In this document: piece after piece, positions 22,117 through 35,300 of the stretch
How positions within the stretch are numbered: position 1 is the stretch's first letter
How the letters are laid out: each line of letters opens with the position of its first letter
Assembly (NCBI GenBank): GCA_902578495.1
Contig: CACHCY010000001.1
Location: 262,132 to 326,131, forward strand
DNA: 64,000 nucleotides
Reading direction: 5' to 3'
Source of the DNA: an uncultured SAR86 cluster bacterium
GTDB lineage: Bacteria; Pseudomonadota; Gammaproteobacteria; Magnimaribacterales; AG-339-G14
Notes under the pieces: model-generated
Database searches by the model: none
The model's input: the letters and a program-made list of their open reading frames with translations, nothing else
What the model was told of the DNA's origin: nothing
Program-made: the position numbers and the translations under genes

Positions 22117-22385
22117 TAAACTTTCCTATCGCCTGAGTGTTGCTTAAAAGTTCTGGTAGGAACAAATTCACCTAACTTATGTCCAACCATGTCCTCTTGA
22201 ATGAATATAGGCACGTGTTGCCTGCCGTTATGAATGGAGATTGTTAAACCGACCATTTCTGGAGAGATCAGTGACCTTCTGGACCATGTCTTGATGGGTC
22301 TCTTGTCTTTAGACTCAACAGCTTTTGAGACTTTATCCATCAAATGATGATCCATAAATGGACCTTTTTTTATTGAGCGTGGCAT
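22116..22385 (-). CDS. rpsS: 30S ribosomal protein S19
   Basis: [10 protein letters not shown] and MVGHKLGEF. Confidence 0.99.
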   Translation of the reverse strand: MPRSIKKGPFMDHHLMDKVSKAVESKDKRPIKTWSRRSLISPEMVGLTISIHNGRQHVPIFIQEDMVGHKLGEFVPTRTFKQHSGDRKV

Positions 22386-22387
22386 TT

Positions 22388-23212
22388 CTATTTCTTCCTT
22401 CTTCTGATGATTTGTTTATCTGTTCTCTTGTTGCTTCTTGTTCTGTAGCCTTTCGTGGGAACTCCCCAAGGTGATACTGGGTGCCTACCTCCAGAAGTTC
22501 TTCCTTCTCCACCACCATGAGGGTGATCTATAGGATTCATTGCAACACCTCTAACGGTGGGTCTAACCCCCAACCATCTTTTTGCTCCTGCTTTACCAAT
22601 AGATTTTAAAGAATGCTCAGAATTAGACACAGTTCCAAGAACAGCCCTACATTCGACGGGTACTCTTCTTACCTCTCCGCTTTTCATTCTTAGGGTTGCT
22701 GTATTTCCTTCTTTTGCAACAAATTGAACATAGGATCCAGCACTTCTTGCTATTTGAGCACCTTTTTTTGGTTTTAGCTCCACGCAATGAATAGTAGAAC
22801 CAACAGGAATAGCATTAAGATCAAGAGCATTTCCTACTTTGATTGGAGCATCGTTACCAGATTGAACCGTATCTCCTTGTTTAAGGCCGGAGGGAGCAAT
22901 AATGTATCTTCGTTCACCATCAGAATATAACAATAAAGCTATATGAGCTGATCTATTAGGATCGTATTCAATTCTTTCTACAGTAGCGGGTATCCCATCT
23001 TTTGTTCTTTTAAAGTCAATGATTCTATAATGTTGTTTATGTCCACCACCTTGGTGTCTTACGGTTATTCTTCCCCTATTATTTCTTCCACCACTTTTAC
23101 TTTTTGTAGCCAATAAAGGAGCATGAGGCTTACCTTTATGAATGTTCTGATCTACTTGGAAGCTTCTAAATCTTCTTCCCGCAGATGTTGGTTTTGCTCT
23201 AACTACAGTCAT
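22388..23212 (-). CDS. rplB: 50S ribosomal protein L2
   Basis: EYDPNRSA and [13 protein letters not shown]. Confidence 0.99.
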   Translation of the reverse strand: MTVVRAKPTSAGRRFRSFQVDQNIHKGKPHAPLLATKSKSGGRNNRGRITVRHQGGGHKQHYRIIDFKRTKDGIPATVERIEYDPNRSAHIALLLYSDGERRYIIAPSGLKQGDTVQSGNDAPIKVGNALDLNAIPVGSTIHCVELKPKKGAQIARSAGSYVQFVAKEGNTATLRMKSGEVRRVPVECRAVLGTVSNSEHSLKSIGKAGAKRWLGVRPTVRGVAMNPIDHPHGGGEGRTSGGRHPVSPWGVPTKGYRTRSNKRTDKQIIRRRKK

Positions 23213-23214
23213 TT

Positions 23215-23511
23215 TTATTCAATTGATAAATCTATTTGATTGCCTTCCTTAAGAAATACATAAGCTTTCTTCCAATCACTTTTTTTTCTAATTTTATTCT
23301 TCAGTGTTCTTTTTGTTTTGCCTTTGACGTTCACAATATTTACTTTTTCAACTTCAACTTTATATAAAGATTCTATTGCTTTTTTTACTTGAAGCTTGTT
23401 AGCAGAGGAAGAAACTTTAAAAACGTAACTATTTGCATTTTGAATAGCTAAAGAAGCTTTCTCAGAGAGATGAGATGAGTTTAATACTTTTAAAGGGTGC
23501 AATTGACTCAT
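23215..23511 (-). CDS. rplW: 50S ribosomal protein L23
   Basis: SEKA, WKKAYV; synteny. Confidence 0.97.
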   Translation of the reverse strand: MSQLHPLKVLNSSHLSEKASLAIQNANSYVFKVSSSANKLQVKKAIESLYKVEVEKVNIVNVKGKTKRTLKNKIRKKSDWKKAYVFLKEGNQIDLSIE

Positions 23512-24113
23512 GAATATGACCCTATAATTTTTTCTAAAGATTTATCTGTGAGTAGGATTTTTTCATGCGAAATTAAATCTACCGGATTGATTTGATCAGC
23601 CGTAGTGATATCAATATTTTGTACATTCCTAGAAGCTAAATGAAGATTTTCAGAAATCTCATCTAAAATTATCGTTATAGAAGAAGTCTCAAATGGAGAG
23701 ATTAATTCTAATAATTTTTTTGTTTTTGGTTCATCTAAAGAAAAATCTTTTACCATGATTATTCTTTCTTCTTTGGCTAATTTGGATAGGATTGATTTAA
23801 TCCCATTTTTGAACATCTTTTTATTTATTTTTTTCTCTGTAAGTTGAGGTCTAGCAGCAAATGTAACACCACCTGATCTCCAAATCGGTCCACGAGTTGT
23901 TCCGGCTCTTGCTCTACCGGTTCCTTTTTGTCTCCAAGGTTTTTTCCCACCCCCGCTGACATCAGATCTGTTTTTTTGAGACTTAGTGCCGCTATGATTA
24001 TTTGAAATTACAGTGTTTACTAATTGATGAACAAGATCCTCGTTAAAATCTTGTTCAAATATAGTCTCAGGCAAATCTGCTGATGTTTTTTCTTTGTAAT
24101 AGGATAGCTGCAT
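23508..24113 (-). CDS. rplD: 50S ribosomal protein L4
   Basis: KPWRQKGTGRARAG. Confidence 0.99.
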   Translation of the reverse strand: MQLSYYKEKTSADLPETIFEQDFNEDLVHQLVNTVISNNHSGTKSQKNRSDVSGGGKKPWRQKGTGRARAGTTRGPIWRSGGVTFAARPQLTEKKINKKMFKNGIKSILSKLAKEERIIMVKDFSLDEPKTKKLLELISPFETSSITIILDEISENLHLASRNVQNIDITTADQINPVDLISHEKILLTDKSLEKIIGSYS

Positions 24114-24118
24114 TGTGA

Positions 24119-24754
24119 TTAGTTTTTAGTTGTTGGCTTTATAAGGACAGACGAGCCTTTTGCTCCAGGTAATGCACCTTTTACTAAAATAAGATTATTT
24201 TCCGCATCTATTTTTTGTATTTGTAAATTTTGTGTTGTCTGGCGAGTGTTTCCTAAATGACCTGCCATTTTTTTTCCTTTCCAAACCCTTCCTGGAGTTT
24301 GGCATTGACCAATGGATCCAGGCTTCCTATGCGCTAAAGAATTGCCGTGTGTTGCATCTTGAGTTGCAAAATTCCAACGTTTGACCGTCCCTGCAAAGCC
24401 TTTCCCTTTAGTTGTTCCGGTAACATCGATAATCTGACCCTCTTCAAACATGTTTAATTCCAATGATTGGCCTAGTTCGATATTTTCTAAGTCTGATTCT
24501 TGGATTCGGAATTCTTTAATTGTGTTTGCTGAGGAGGTATTTGATTTATTGAGATGGGCTTTTTCGGGTTTTGTGAGATGCTTATCTTTTTTGGTTCCGG
24601 TAGATATTTGTACTGATGAGTAACCTTCTGTATCAACTTTTTTTATTTGGGTCACAACATTGGAGTCAATTTTTACCACGGTAACAGGCACAGAATTTCC
24701 ATCTTCTGTGAAAACCCGGGACATTCCCTCTTTTATGCCTATCAATCCAATCAT
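24119..24754 (-). CDS. rplC: 50S ribosomal protein L3
   Basis: KGKGFAG, HGNSLAHR, PGRVWKGKKMAG. Confidence 0.99.
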   Translation of the reverse strand: MIGLIGIKEGMSRVFTEDGNSVPVTVVKIDSNVVTQIKKVDTEGYSSVQISTGTKKDKHLTKPEKAHLNKSNTSSANTIKEFRIQESDLENIELGQSLELNMFEEGQIIDVTGTTKGKGFAGTVKRWNFATQDATHGNSLAHRKPGSIGQCQTPGRVWKGKKMAGHLGNTRQTTQNLQIQKIDAENNLILVKGALPGAKGSSVLIKPTTKN

Positions 24755-24755
24755 T

Positions 24756-25079
24756 TTATTTGCTTAACTCATCTAGTGAGATTTGAACGTCAACCCCAGC
24801 GGAAAGATCAAGCTTCATTAAAGCATCGACAGTTTTTTCAGTGGGCTTGATGATATCCATCACTCTTTTATAGGTTCTAATTTCATATTGATCTCTTGCA
24901 TCTTTATCCTTGTGCGGCGAGATTAATATAGTAGTGCGACTTTTTTTGACAGGCATTGGTATTGGTCCTTTAACAACCGCGCCAGTTCTTTTAACAGTAT
25001 CAACAATTTCTCTTGCCGACTTATCAATTAATTTATTGTCAAAAGCTTTGAGCCGAATTCTAATATTCTGGTCTTGCAA
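24756..25079 (-). CDS. rpsJ: 30S ribosomal protein S10
   Basis: IRIRLKAFD and [13 protein letters not shown]; likely TTG start at 25079 with SD GGAGGT just upstream. Confidence 0.98.
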   Translation of the reverse strand: MQDQNIRIRLKAFDNKLIDKSAREIVDTVKRTGAVVKGPIPMPVKKSRTTILISPHKDKDARDQYEIRTYKRVMDIIKPTEKTVDALMKLDLSAGVDVQISLDELSK

Positions 25080-25165
25080 ACCAACCTCCAAAAGTAATAA
25101 ATATCTGTTAAAGAACTAATCGATTTATCCGTAAATCGATTCATCCATCTCACGGACGAGCGGCA

Positions 25166-25194
25166 ATTCTATTGGGACATCGATGCGATGTCAA
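25166..25194 (-). promoter_or_regulatory. Sigma70 promoter of the S10 operon
   Basis: Minus strand TTGACA (25194-25189), 17 nt, TAGAAT (25171-25166), followed by a GC-rich discriminator. Confidence 0.8.
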
Positions 25195-25202
25195 CAAGCG
25201 TA

Positions 25203-27320
25203 TTAGGTTTTATTTATGATGGATTCTGCAACGTTATTGGGGACTTCAGCGTACTTTAGAGGCTCCATAGTAAACGTTGCTCTACCTTGAGTTGCAGATC
25301 TTAAATCAGTAGCGTATCCAAACATTTCAGCAAGTGGAACTTCTCCATTGAGAGCCTTACCAGATGGTATATCATTCATTCCTTGGACAATTCCTCTTCT
25401 TCTATTTAGGTCTCCTACTACATCTCCCATGTATTCTTCTGGAGTCACAACTTCTAACTTCATAATTGGTTCGAGCAGAACAGGCTTAGCTCTCATGGCT
25501 CCATCTTTTAAAGCTTGTGAAGCAGCAACTTTAAAAGCTATCTCACTTGAATCTACATCGTGGAAAGAACCATCATAAAGAGTTACTTTTACATCAATTA
25601 AAGGATAACCAGCAATTACGCCGGCTTCCATTTGTTCTTTGACGCCCTTGTCTACAGCTGGTATGAATTCTCTTGGAATGGTTCCACCAACTATAGAATT
25701 AACAAATTCATAGATATCTTTATCTTCTTCTTCCGTCTCTTCGTGGACTAAGGGTTCAATTTTTATCCAAACGTGTCCGTATTGCCCTTTACCACCCGAT
25801 TGTCTTACAAACTTTCCTTCAGATTCAACCATTTGCTTAATAGTTTCTCTATAGGCTACCTGAGGCTTACCAATATTAGCTTCAACATCAAACTCTCGTT
25901 TCATTCTGTCAACAATTACGTCTAAGTGAAGCTCTCCCATACCAGATATTATCGTTTGACCTGATTCTTCATCACTATTCACTCTAAAAGATGGATCCTC
26001 TTGAGCTAGCCTTCCTAACGCGGTAGACATTTTTTCCTGATCTGTTTTAGTTTTTGGTTCAACGGCAACTGAAATCACCGGCTCTGGGAATGTCATCTTC
26101 TCTAAGATGATAGCCTTATCTCTATCGCAAAGAGTTTCTCCTGTGCTGACGTCTTTCAAACCTATTACTGCACATATATCGCCTGCCCTTACTTCAGATA
26201 TCTCTGTTCTGTTATTAGCGTGCATCTGCAACATCCTACCAATTCTTTCTTTGGATCTTCGGGATGGTGAATAAACGGAATCACCAGATGATAAAACACC
26301 TGAATAAACTCTTATAAAGGTTAAGGTACCTACAAATGGATCTGTAGCAATCTTGAAAGCAAGAGCTGAGAATGGTTCCTCGTCGCTAGAAGATCTCTGA
26401 TCTTCAGTTTCTTCGTCTTCCAAAACACCTTTAATAGCTTCAACCTCATCAGGAGATGGCAGATAATTGATTACCGCGTCTAGAACGCACTGAACTCCTT
26501 TGTTTTTAAATGCTGAACCACATAGACATAAAACTATTTCATTAGATAAGGTTCTTTGTCTCAGCCCTGAGATGATTTCTTCTTCTGAAAGATCTCCATT
26601 TTCGAGATACTTATCCATTAAATCTTCCGATGCCTCAGCGGCAGATTCAAGCATCTGCTCTCTGTAATCTTCACATTCAGCTAACATCGATTCAGGAATA
26701 TCTTCTTCCCTATAGGATTTCCCCATATCATCAAGGTCAAAATAGAGAGCTTTCATTGAAATTAAATCAACCATTCCTTCAAAGTCATCCTCAGCACCAA
26801 TTGGAAGGTTGATAGGAACTGGTGAGGCACCTAATCTATCTTTCATTTGTTGAACAACGTTAAGAAAATCTGCTCCAGCTCTATCCATTTTGTTGATGAA
26901 TGCAATTCTAGGAACCTTGTAACGATTTGCTTGTCTCCAAACTGTTTCGGACTGGGGTTCAACACCTGAGCTGCCGCAGAAAACAACAACTGCTCCATCC
27001 AATACTCTCAATGATCTTTCAACTTCAATAGTAAAATCTACGTGGCCAGGTGTATCAATAATATTGACTCGGTGTTCATCAAATTGTTGTTTCATTCCCT
27101 TCCAGAAGCAAGTTGTGGCAGCTGATGTTATGGTAATACCTCTTTCTTGCTCCTGCTCCATCCAATCCATAGTTGCAGCACCATCATGGACTTCTCCGAT
27201 TTTGTGAGAAATACCTGTGTAATATAGAACCCTTTCTGTAGTTGTTGTTTTTCCAGCATCTACGTGAGCACAAATACCGATGTTTCTATATAGTTTAAGT
27301 GGAACTTTTCTGCCGCTCAT
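25203..27320 (-). CDS. fusA: Elongation factor G
   Basis: [34 protein letters not shown]. Confidence 0.99.
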   Translation of the reverse strand: MSGRKVPLKLYRNIGICAHVDAGKTTTTERVLYYTGISHKIGEVHDGAATMDWMEQEQERGITITSAATTCFWKGMKQQFDEHRVNIIDTPGHVDFTIEVERSLRVLDGAVVVFCGSSGVEPQSETVWRQANRYKVPRIAFINKMDRAGADFLNVVQQMKDRLGASPVPINLPIGAEDDFEGMVDLISMKALYFDLDDMGKSYREEDIPESMLAECEDYREQMLESAAEASEDLMDKYLENGDLSEEEIISGLRQRTLSNEIVLCLCGSAFKNKGVQCVLDAVINYLPSPDEVEAIKGVLEDEETEDQRSSSDEEPFSALAFKIATDPFVGTLTFIRVYSGVLSSGDSVYSPSRRSKERIGRMLQMHANNRTEISEVRAGDICAVIGLKDVSTGETLCDRDKAIILEKMTFPEPVISVAVEPKTKTDQEKMSTALGRLAQEDPSFRVNSDEESGQTIISGMGELHLDVIVDRMKREFDVEANIGKPQVAYRETIKQMVESEGKFVRQSGGKGQYGHVWIKIEPLVHEETEEEDKDIYEFVNSIVGGTIPREFIPAVDKGVKEQMEAGVIAGYPLIDVKVTLYDGSFHDVDSSEIAFKVAASQALKDGAMRAKPVLLEPIMKLEVVTPEEYMGDVVGDLNRRRGIVQGMNDIPSGKALNGEVPLAEMFGYATDLRSATQGRATFTMEPLKYAEVPNNVAESIINKT

Positions 27321-27341
27321 ATTTAAATTATGTTTATATTA

Positions 27342-27812
27342 TTAAAATCTGAAATGTGAAAATGCCTTATTTGCATCAGCCATTTTGTGGGTATCTTGTC
27401 TTTTTTTGACTGCTTCTCCCCTGCCGTCTGACGCTTCTAGTAATTCGTTAGCTAACTTGTCAGCCATTTTCTTTTCTGATCTTTTTTTCGCACTGGTCAC
27501 TAACCATCTCATTGCAAGGGCCATTTTTCTGGAAGACTTTACTTCTATTGGAACTTGATAAGTCGCCCCACCCACTCTTCTGGATTTAACTTCAACTTGA
27601 GGAGCAACTTGGTCTAAAGCATCGTCAAATACTTTTAAAGGATCTTGTTTAGATTTTGCAGAGATTTGATCTAAAGCAGAGTACATTATTTTCTCAGCAA
27701 CACTTTTTTTTCCGCGTTGCATAATCTGATTAATAAACTTTGCAACTTTAATGCTGTTAAATTTTGGATCAGCAAGTATGTCTCTTTTAGGAACTGGACC
27801 TTTTCTTGGCAT
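27342..27812 (-). CDS. rpsG: 30S ribosomal protein S7
   Basis: [12 protein letters not shown] and [10 protein letters not shown]. Confidence 0.99.
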   Translation of the reverse strand: MPRKGPVPKRDILADPKFNSIKVAKFINQIMQRGKKSVAEKIMYSALDQISAKSKQDPLKVFDDALDQVAPQVEVKSRRVGGATYQVPIEVKSSRKMALAMRWLVTSAKKRSEKKMADKLANELLEASDGRGEAVKKRQDTHKMADANKAFSHFRF

Positions 27813-27821
27813 ATTTTTGAA

Positions 27822-28193
27822 TTATTTAGGTTTTTTGGATCCGTATTTAGATCTTCTTTGCTTTCTGTCATCAACTCCCGAAGTATCAAGAGTACCTCTG
27901 ACGGTATGGTATCTAACACCGGGTAAGTCTTTTACTCTTCCGCCCCTTAGAAGAACAACAGAGTGCTCTTGCAAGTTGTGACCTTCTCCACCAATATAAG
28001 AAATAACTTCGTAACCTGATGTCAATCTGACTTTACAAACTTTTCTAAGAGCTGAATTAGGCTTCTTTGGAGTTGTAGTATAAACACGAGTGCAGACGCC
28101 CCTCCTTTGTGGACATCTATTTAAAGCTGGAACATCCGACTTTGCAGATTTGCTCTTTCTCGGTTTTTTTATTAGTTGATTAACAGTAGCCAT
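27822..28193 (-). CDS. rpsL: 30S ribosomal protein S12
   Basis: [11 protein letters not shown] and [12 protein letters not shown]. Confidence 0.99.
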   Translation of the reverse strand: MATVNQLIKKPRKSKSAKSDVPALNRCPQRRGVCTRVYTTTPKKPNSALRKVCKVRLTSGYEVISYIGGEGHNLQEHSVVLLRGGRVKDLPGVRYHTVRGTLDTSGVDDRKQRRSKYGSKKPK

Positions 28194-28204
28194 TTTGGTG
28201 TGCG

Positions 28205-28233
28205 ATTTTAGATATGAAGATAGCCTAGGTCAA
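28205..28233 (-). promoter_or_regulatory. Sigma70 promoter of the str (rpsL) operon
   Basis: Minus strand TTGACC (28233-28228), 17 nt, TAAAAT (28210-28205); 11 nt from the ATG. Confidence 0.75.
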
Positions 28234-28244
28234 ACATTATTTAA

Positions 28245-31200
28245 TTATTCCTCAGAGATCTCTGTTCCTTCCATAGCTTCGGCTAGCTCCATTTCCAAAT
28301 TAGACTCAATTTCATCTTTTTCTGCATAGAAACCAGTACCAGCAGGAATTAATTTACCAATAATTACATTTTCCTTGAGTCCTCTAAGCTTATCGATTTT
28401 GCCTGTCACAGCCGCTTCTGTTAGAACTCTTGTTGTTTCTTGGAAAGATGCGGCTGATACAAATGAGTCAGTTGCAAGCGAAGCCTTAGTAATTCCAAGA
28501 AGAATTCTGTCAAATTCAATTAAAGCTTTTCCATCTTCAGAAAGAGTTTTATTTTTTTCAGCAACTGCAGATAGTTCCGCCTGTTCACCTAAAATAAAGT
28601 CAGAATCGCCAGGATCAGCAATCTCAACTTTTCTTAGCATTTGTCTCAAAATCACTTCTATGTGTTTATCAGAGATCTCAACTCCTTGGAGTCTATAAAC
28701 ATCTTGTATTTCGTTTACAACATAATCGGTGAGCTCCTCAACTCCTTTAAGGGCGAGAATGTCGTGAGGACTTAAAGGTCCATCACTTACTACATCCCCT
28801 TTGCTAACCATCTCTCCTTCGAAAACATTAATATTTCTTGTTTTAGGAATAAGTGTCTCTGAAGTTACTTCCTCTTTACCATCCATTTTTGTTATGACTA
28901 ATCTTCTTTTTCCTTTGGTTTCCTTACCCCAAGAAACCACCCCAGACATATCAGCTAGAATTGCTTCCTCTTTGGGTTTTCTGGCTTCAAATAAATCTGC
29001 AACTCTTGGTAAACCACCAGTAATATCTCTAGTTTTAGATGATTCTTTAGGAATACGAGCAATGACATCACCAACTTTTATTTTTGAATTATTTGTCAAG
29101 CCAAGAATAGAGTTACCTTCAAGAGAATATACAGCAGCGTGCTTTCCTCCAGGCAAAGTAACTTCTTTTCCTTTTTCATCCATAATACTTACAGATGGAC
29201 TTAGCTCCTTACCCGATGAGGATCTTTCAGAAACATCCAAGACTTGAGTACTACTCAATCCAGTTAAATCATCCTGTATTGTCTTGACTGTGATACCTTC
29301 TTCCATATCAGATAATTTAACTTTACCTTCAACTTCAGAAATTATAGGTCTCGTATGTGGATCCCAAGAAGCAATAATATCTCCTGCCTTAGCTTTATCT
29401 CCATCATTAACAGAAATAATAGCTCCATAAGGAACCTTGTATCTTTCTTTCTCCTGACCATTTTCATCCGATACCGATATCTCAGCTGATCTTGATATAC
29501 ATACATTTTTCTTTTCTCTATTTACAAGTGAATTAAGATTTGTATATCTGACACTACCGTCGTATTTAATTTGAACTTTATCTTCTTCAGAAGATCTCGA
29601 GGCTGCACCTCCTATATGGAAAGTTCTCATTGTTAATTGTGTGCCTGGCTCACCTATTGATTGAGCAGCTACAATTCCTACAGCTTCTCCAGGATCAACA
29701 AGATTCCCTCTTCCTAAGTCTCTTCCATAACACATTGAACAGATTCCGTATGCTGTTTCGCAAGTTATAGGGGATCTGACAAAAATTGAATCAATAGAAT
29801 GATTTCCTAATTCTTGTGCAATAGCCTCATCGATAACAGTATTTGCAGGCAACTTAAATGCTCCGTCTGTTGAAGAAACTTCTTTTGCTGTGACTCTTCC
29901 TAAAACTCTATCTTTAAGCTCTAGTACAGTTTCACCTCCTTCGATAATTGATTTAATTTCAATACCCTTTTTAGTCTCACAATCAACTTCTCTAACCACT
30001 AAATCTTGTGCCACATCAACTAATCTTCTAGTTAAGTAACCAGAGTTAGCAGTTTTCAGAGCAGTATCTGCCAATCCTTTTCTTGCTCCATGAGTAGAAG
30101 TGAAATATTGCAATACTGTCAATCCTTCCCTGAAATTCGCAGTTATAGGAGTTTCAATAATTGATCCGTCTGGCTTAGCCATAAGACCTCTCATTCCTGC
30201 AAGCTGTCTTACTTGTGCGGGTGAACTTCTTGCACCAGAATCCAAGTACATATAAACAGAGTTAAAGGAATCTTGATCAACCTCTTCTCCGTCTTTGTTT
30301 GTAACTTTTTCTTTTGAGATAGTGTCCATTAGAGAATTTGCTACTTTTTCATTAGCACGGGACCAAATATCAATGACCTTATTGTATTTTTCACCTTGGG
30401 TCACTAAACCAGATGAGTATTGAGCCTCAATATCTTTTACCTCTTGTTCAGACTTTTCAATAATTTCAGCCTTATCCTCTGGGATTAAACAATCATCAAC
30501 ACAAATAGAAGAACCGGATTTAGTAGAGTATTCATAACCTTGATACATGAGCTGATCTGCAAAAATTACAGTATCTTTCAAACCGCAATCTCTATAACAG
30601 GTGTTTAATAGATCGGAAATGGCTTTGCTGGTTAAAGTCTTATTAAAATGTTCAAAATTTAATCCATCTGGGGAAATTTGATAAAGTAATGCTCTTCCGA
30701 CTGTAGTGTCTTTAAGTTCAGTTTGACCTTCTTTATCTTTTATCCTTACTGTAACTTTTGCTTGAAGTTCAACTGCATCTGTTTCAAAAGCTCTAGATAC
30801 TTCTTTAACGTCTGCAAATATAGATCCCTCACCTTTTGCATTAATTTTTTCTCTTGTCATGTAGTAGATTCCTAACACAACATCTTGGGATGGATCTATG
30901 ATTGGCCTACCATTTGAAGGTGAAAGAATATTATTACTAGCCATAAGCAAGGCACGGCATTCAAGTTGAGCTTCTAAAGTTAGCGGCACGTGAACAGCCA
31001 TTTGATCGCCATCAAAATCTGCGTTGTAAGCTTTACAAACTAGAGGATGTAATTGGATGGCTTTACCTTCGATAAGTAATGGTTCAAAAGCTTGGATCCC
31101 CAATCTATGGAGTGTTGGAGCTCTATTTAAAAGAATAGGATGTTCCTTTATGACGTCGGCTAAAATATCCCAAACAACAGGCTCTTCTCTCTCAACCATC

Positions 31201-32393
31201 CTTTTTGCACCTTTGATAGTAGTTGCTAGCTCAAGATTTTGAAGCTTCCCAAATACAAATGGTTTGAAAAGTTCAAGAGCCATTTTTTTAGGTAGACCAC
31301 ATTGATGCAATTTTAAAGTAGGTCCGACCACAATCACTGAACGGCCAGAATAATCAACCCTTTTTCCTAAAAGGTTTTGTCTAAATCTTCCTTGCTTACC
31401 TTTTATCATGTCAGCTAAAGATTTGAGAGGTCTTTTGTTCGAACCAGTTATAGCTCTTCCTCTTCTTCCATTATCTAAAAGAGCGTCAACTGATTCTTGG
31501 AGCATTCTTTTTTCATTTCTGACAATAATTTCAGGAGCATTGAGTTCCATTAACCTTTTAAGCCTATTGTTTCTGTTTATCACTCTTCTGTATAAGTCGT
31601 TAAGATCTGAAGTAGCAAATCTTCCTCCTTCAAGAGGAACCAAAGGTCTTAAATCTGGAGGCAATACAGGCAACACATCGAGGATCATCCATTCAGGCTT
31701 ATTGGAAGAATTACTGAATGATTTTATGATTTTCATCCTTTTAGAAAGTTTTTTTATTTTTGCTTCGGACTTGGTTTCTGTCATTTGTTGTTCAATCAAA
31801 GCAATTTCCTCTTCTAAATCCATCTCCATTAGCAGTGTCTTGACTGCTTCTGCTCCCATTCCTGCCCTGAATTCTTCACCATAATTTTCAAGAGCCTCGT
31901 AATACTCTTCTTCATCTAAAATCTGATAGTTTTCAAGATCTGTCATTCCTGGATCAGTAACTACAAAAGATTCAAAATATAGAATTCTTTCTAATTCTCT
32001 TAGCGTCATATCTAAAAGTAGAGCAATTCTTGAAGGCAGAGATTTTAGAAACCAAATGTGGGCAACAGGGGCAGCCAGTTCAATATGTCCCATTCTTTCT
32101 CTTCTAACTTTAGCTAGTGTGACTTCAACTCCACATTTTTCGCAAACAACTCCTCTATGCTTCATCCTTTTGTATTTACCACAAATGCATTCGTAATCCT
32201 TTATGGGACCAAAAATCTTTGCGCAAAAAAGACCGTCTCTTTCAGGCTTAAATGTTCTGTAGTTTATTGTTTCTGGTTTTTTTACTTCCCCAAAAGACCA
32301 TGATCTAATTTGTTGGGGTGAAGCCAAACCTGCTTTGATGGCATTGAAATCTTCTTGTTCGCTTTGGTTGAATAATTTTAATAAATCTTTCAT
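28245..32393 (-). CDS. rpoC: RNA polymerase beta' subunit
   Basis: NADFDGDQM catalytic motif and zinc finger; start MKDLLK at 32393 with SD GAGG. Confidence 0.99.
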   Translation of the reverse strand: MKDLLKLFNQSEQEDFNAIKAGLASPQQIRSWSFGEVKKPETINYRTFKPERDGLFCAKIFGPIKDYECICGKYKRMKHRGVVCEKCGVEVTLAKVRRERMGHIELAAPVAHIWFLKSLPSRIALLLDMTLRELERILYFESFVVTDPGMTDLENYQILDEEEYYEALENYGEEFRAGMGAEAVKTLLMEMDLEEEIALIEQQMTETKSEAKIKKLSKRMKIIKSFSNSSNKPEWMILDVLPVLPPDLRPLVPLEGGRFATSDLNDLYRRVINRNNRLKRLMELNAPEIIVRNEKRMLQESVDALLDNGRRGRAITGSNKRPLKSLADMIKGKQGRFRQNLLGKRVDYSGRSVIVVGPTLKLHQCGLPKKMALELFKPFVFGKLQNLELATTIKGAKRMVEREEPVVWDILADVIKEHPILLNRAPTLHRLGIQAFEPLLIEGKAIQLHPLVCKAYNADFDGDQMAVHVPLTLEAQLECRALLMASNNILSPSNGRPIIDPSQDVVLGIYYMTREKINAKGEGSIFADVKEVSRAFETDAVELQAKVTVRIKDKEGQTELKDTTVGRALLYQISPDGLNFEHFNKTLTSKAISDLLNTCYRDCGLKDTVIFADQLMYQGYEYSTKSGSSICVDDCLIPEDKAEIIEKSEQEVKDIEAQYSSGLVTQGEKYNKVIDIWSRANEKVANSLMDTISKEKVTNKDGEEVDQDSFNSVYMYLDSGARSSPAQVRQLAGMRGLMAKPDGSIIETPITANFREGLTVLQYFTSTHGARKGLADTALKTANSGYLTRRLVDVAQDLVVREVDCETKKGIEIKSIIEGGETVLELKDRVLGRVTAKEVSSTDGAFKLPANTVIDEAIAQELGNHSIDSIFVRSPITCETAYGICSMCYGRDLGRGNLVDPGEAVGIVAAQSIGEPGTQLTMRTFHIGGAASRSSEEDKVQIKYDGSVRYTNLNSLVNREKKNVCISRSAEISVSDENGQEKERYKVPYGAIISVNDGDKAKAGDIIASWDPHTRPIISEVEGKVKLSDMEEGITVKTIQDDLTGLSSTQVLDVSERSSSGKELSPSVSIMDEKGKEVTLPGGKHAAVYSLEGNSILGLTNNSKIKVGDVIARIPKESSKTRDITGGLPRVADLFEARKPKEEAILADMSGVVSWGKETKGKRRLVITKMDGKEEVTSETLIPKTRNINVFEGEMVSKGDVVSDGPLSPHDILALKGVEELTDYVVNEIQDVYRLQGVEISDKHIEVILRQMLRKVEIADPGDSDFILGEQAELSAVAEKNKTLSEDGKALIEFDRILLGITKASLATDSFVSAASFQETTRVLTEAAVTGKIDKLRGLKENVIIGKLIPAGTGFYAEKDEIESNLEMELAEAMEGTEISEE

Positions 32394-32397
32394 AAGA

Positions 32398-35300
32398 TCA
32401 AACCTCCTCGAAATCAATATCAATCGCTAAAGATCGAATTTCTTTTGTTAAAACATTATAAGATTCAGGTATTCCAGCTTCCATTTCATAAGAACCATCG
32501 ACAATATTTTTATAGATTTTTGTTCTTCCGTACACATCGTCAGACTTAACGGTGAGCATTTCTTGAAGAGTATGAGACGCACCATAAGCTTCAAGAGCCC
32601 AAACTTCCATCTCTCCGAGTCTTTGCCCACCAAATTGTGCTTTTCCTCCAAGCGGTTGCTGAGTAACTAAGCTGTAAGACCCTGTTGAACGAGCATGCAT
32701 TTTATCTTCGATAAGATGATTAAGCTTGAGCATATACATGTACCCAACAGTGACTGAGCGATCGAATTTATCCCCTGTTCTTCCATCGTATAAAGTAGTT
32801 TGTCCAGTTTCAGGAAGGTTGGCTAACTTCAACATTTCTTTAATTTCTGCCTCTTTAGCTCCATCGAAAACTGGGGTTGCCATAGGAACGCCGTTTTTAA
32901 GATTTTGGCAAAGCTCTAAGAATTCACTGTCGTTAAGAGAACTAATGTCCTGATTCATCCCTGATTTAACATAAATTTTATCTATGAATGATCTTAAGGC
33001 TTTTAAATCCTTATAATTTTCTAGCATCTTAGATATTTCATCTCCAAGACCTTTTGCTGCTGATCCCAGATGAACTTCAAGAAGTTGTCCAACGTTCATT
33101 CTTGATGGCACTCCTAATGGATTCAATACTAGGTCAACTGGCTCACCGTTTTCATCATATGGCATATCTTCGACAGGCATGATTACTGATATAACACCCT
33201 TGTTACCATGTCTACCCGCTAATTTGTCACCTGGTTGGATTCTCCTTTTAATTGCAAGATAAACTTTAATTACTTGTTGCACCCCTGGCGGTAAATCATC
33301 TCCGGAAACAATTTTTTTCTTCTTAGCTTCAAATCTATTTTTGAGCATTTTCTCATATGCTTTCAAATTGTCTTTGGAATCTTTTAACTGATCATTAATA
33401 TCTTCGCTTTGCAATCTCAATTTGAACCACTCTTCTGAAGCAAGGTTATCTAGAAACTCTTTAGATATTGTTTCCCCTTTGGATATGCCTCTTCCAGATA
33501 TCACTTTTTGACCTGTCAAAACAGACCTTAAAGAATTAATTGTTGCATTTGTAACGATCTCTAGCTCTTCATCAAGATCTTTTTGGATCTCCGCTAAAGA
33601 GACAGATTCAATAACAGAAGCTCTTGGATTTTTTTCTAATCCCTCTCTTGTATAAATTTGAACATCAATTACTGTTCCATCAGCACCGCTTGGGACTCTT
33701 AGAGAAGTATCTTTTACATCTGCTGCTTTTTCTCCAAATATTGCTCTAAGAAGTTTCTCTTCAGGAGAAAGTTGAGTTTCGCCTTTTGGAGTAACTTTTC
33801 CTACTAAAATATCTCCTGCCTTAACTTGTGCTCCAATGTGAACAACTCCACACTCATCAAGTTTCCCTAATGCGGACTCTCCTACATTAGGAATGTCAGC
33901 TGTGATTTCATCTGGTCCTAATTTTGTATCTCTTGCTGTACAAGTAAGTTCTTGAATATGAATACTTGTAAGCTTATCTTCTTTAACAAGTTTGTCGGAA
34001 ATAAGAATTGAGTCCTCAAAGTTGTATCCATGCCAAGGCATGAAAGCAATCTTGATATTTTGACCAAGTGCTAACTCTCCTAAATCAATTGAAGAGCCAT
34101 CAGCCAAGATATCGCCTTTAGTAACTTTATCTCCAACTTTAACTATTGGTCTTTGATTCATGCAAGTATTTTGATTAGACCTTGTATACTTTGTAAGGTT
34201 GTATATATCTACAGCTGAGTTAGTGGAAGAGATTTCTTTCATATCTTTTCTAACCACTATTCTTCCAGAATCAACCTTTTCAACAGTCCCTTTGTTTTCA
34301 GCTATTACACAATCTCCTGAATCTTTGGCAATTAATCTTTCCATTCCTGTTCCGACAAGAGGAGCCTCTGTCTTCAAGGTAGGAACTGCCTGTCTCATCA
34401 TATTAGAGCCCATCAAAGCCCTGTTAGCGTCATCGTGCTCTAAGAAAGGTATTAGTGAAGCAGCGATAGATACTACCTGCTGTGGAGATACATCCATTAG
34501 CTCAACTCTATCAGCTGACATAAGTTCAAATTCATTTTTAAATCGAACAGGAACGAGTTCGTCAACAAATTTATTATTTTTATCGAGCAATGCACTTGCT
34601 TGTGCAATAACAAATTCGCCTTCTTCAATTGCGGAAATGTACTTAATGTCTTCAGTCACTTTGCCATTAATTACTTGTCTATATGGCGTTTCAATAAATC
34701 CAAAATTATTGACCTTGGCAAAAACAGATAGAGAATTTATTAGACCAATATTGGGTCCTTCTGGGGTTTCTATTGGACAAACTCTTCCGTAATGACTTGG
34801 GTGAACGTCCCTGACTTCAAAGCCAGCTCTTTCTCTTGTTAATCCCCCTGGACCAAGTGCTGAAACTCTTCTTTTGTGAGTAATTGCCGCAAGAGGATTA
34901 TTCTGATCCATGAATTGTGAGAGTTGACTTGAACCAAAAAATTCATTTATTGCTGCAGTGACAGGCTTTGCGTTGATTAAATCTGCTGGTCCAAAGCCCT
35001 CGGCTTCAGCCACATTCAATCTTTCTCTGACCGCTCTTTCTACTCTTAGAAGACCAACTCTGACTTGGTTCGATACCATTTCGCCAACTGATCTTATTCG
35101 TCTGTTTCCTAGATGATCTATATCGTCACAGTCTTGCTTTCCATTTCTTATATCAACAAGAGTTTTTGTTACATCAATGATGTCTTCTTTACTTAATATT
35201 CCTTCTCCCTGAAGGTCTTCCCTTCCAAGACGGCGGTTGAATTTCATTCTTCCTACATCAGAAAGATCATACTTCTCTGAATTAAAAAATAAGTTTTCAA

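Noticed and set aside
25176-25192. Hairpin after fusA as an intrinsic terminator
   Set aside because: 7-bp stem with no U-tract, overlapping the S10 promoter; not called as a terminator.
34860-34930. RpoB rifampicin-region variant [15 protein letters not shown] (E. coli NPLSEITHKRRISAL)
   Set aside because: The key Asp, His, Arg and Ser contact residues are intact, and Ala at the first position occurs in sensitive species, so resistance cannot be inferred.
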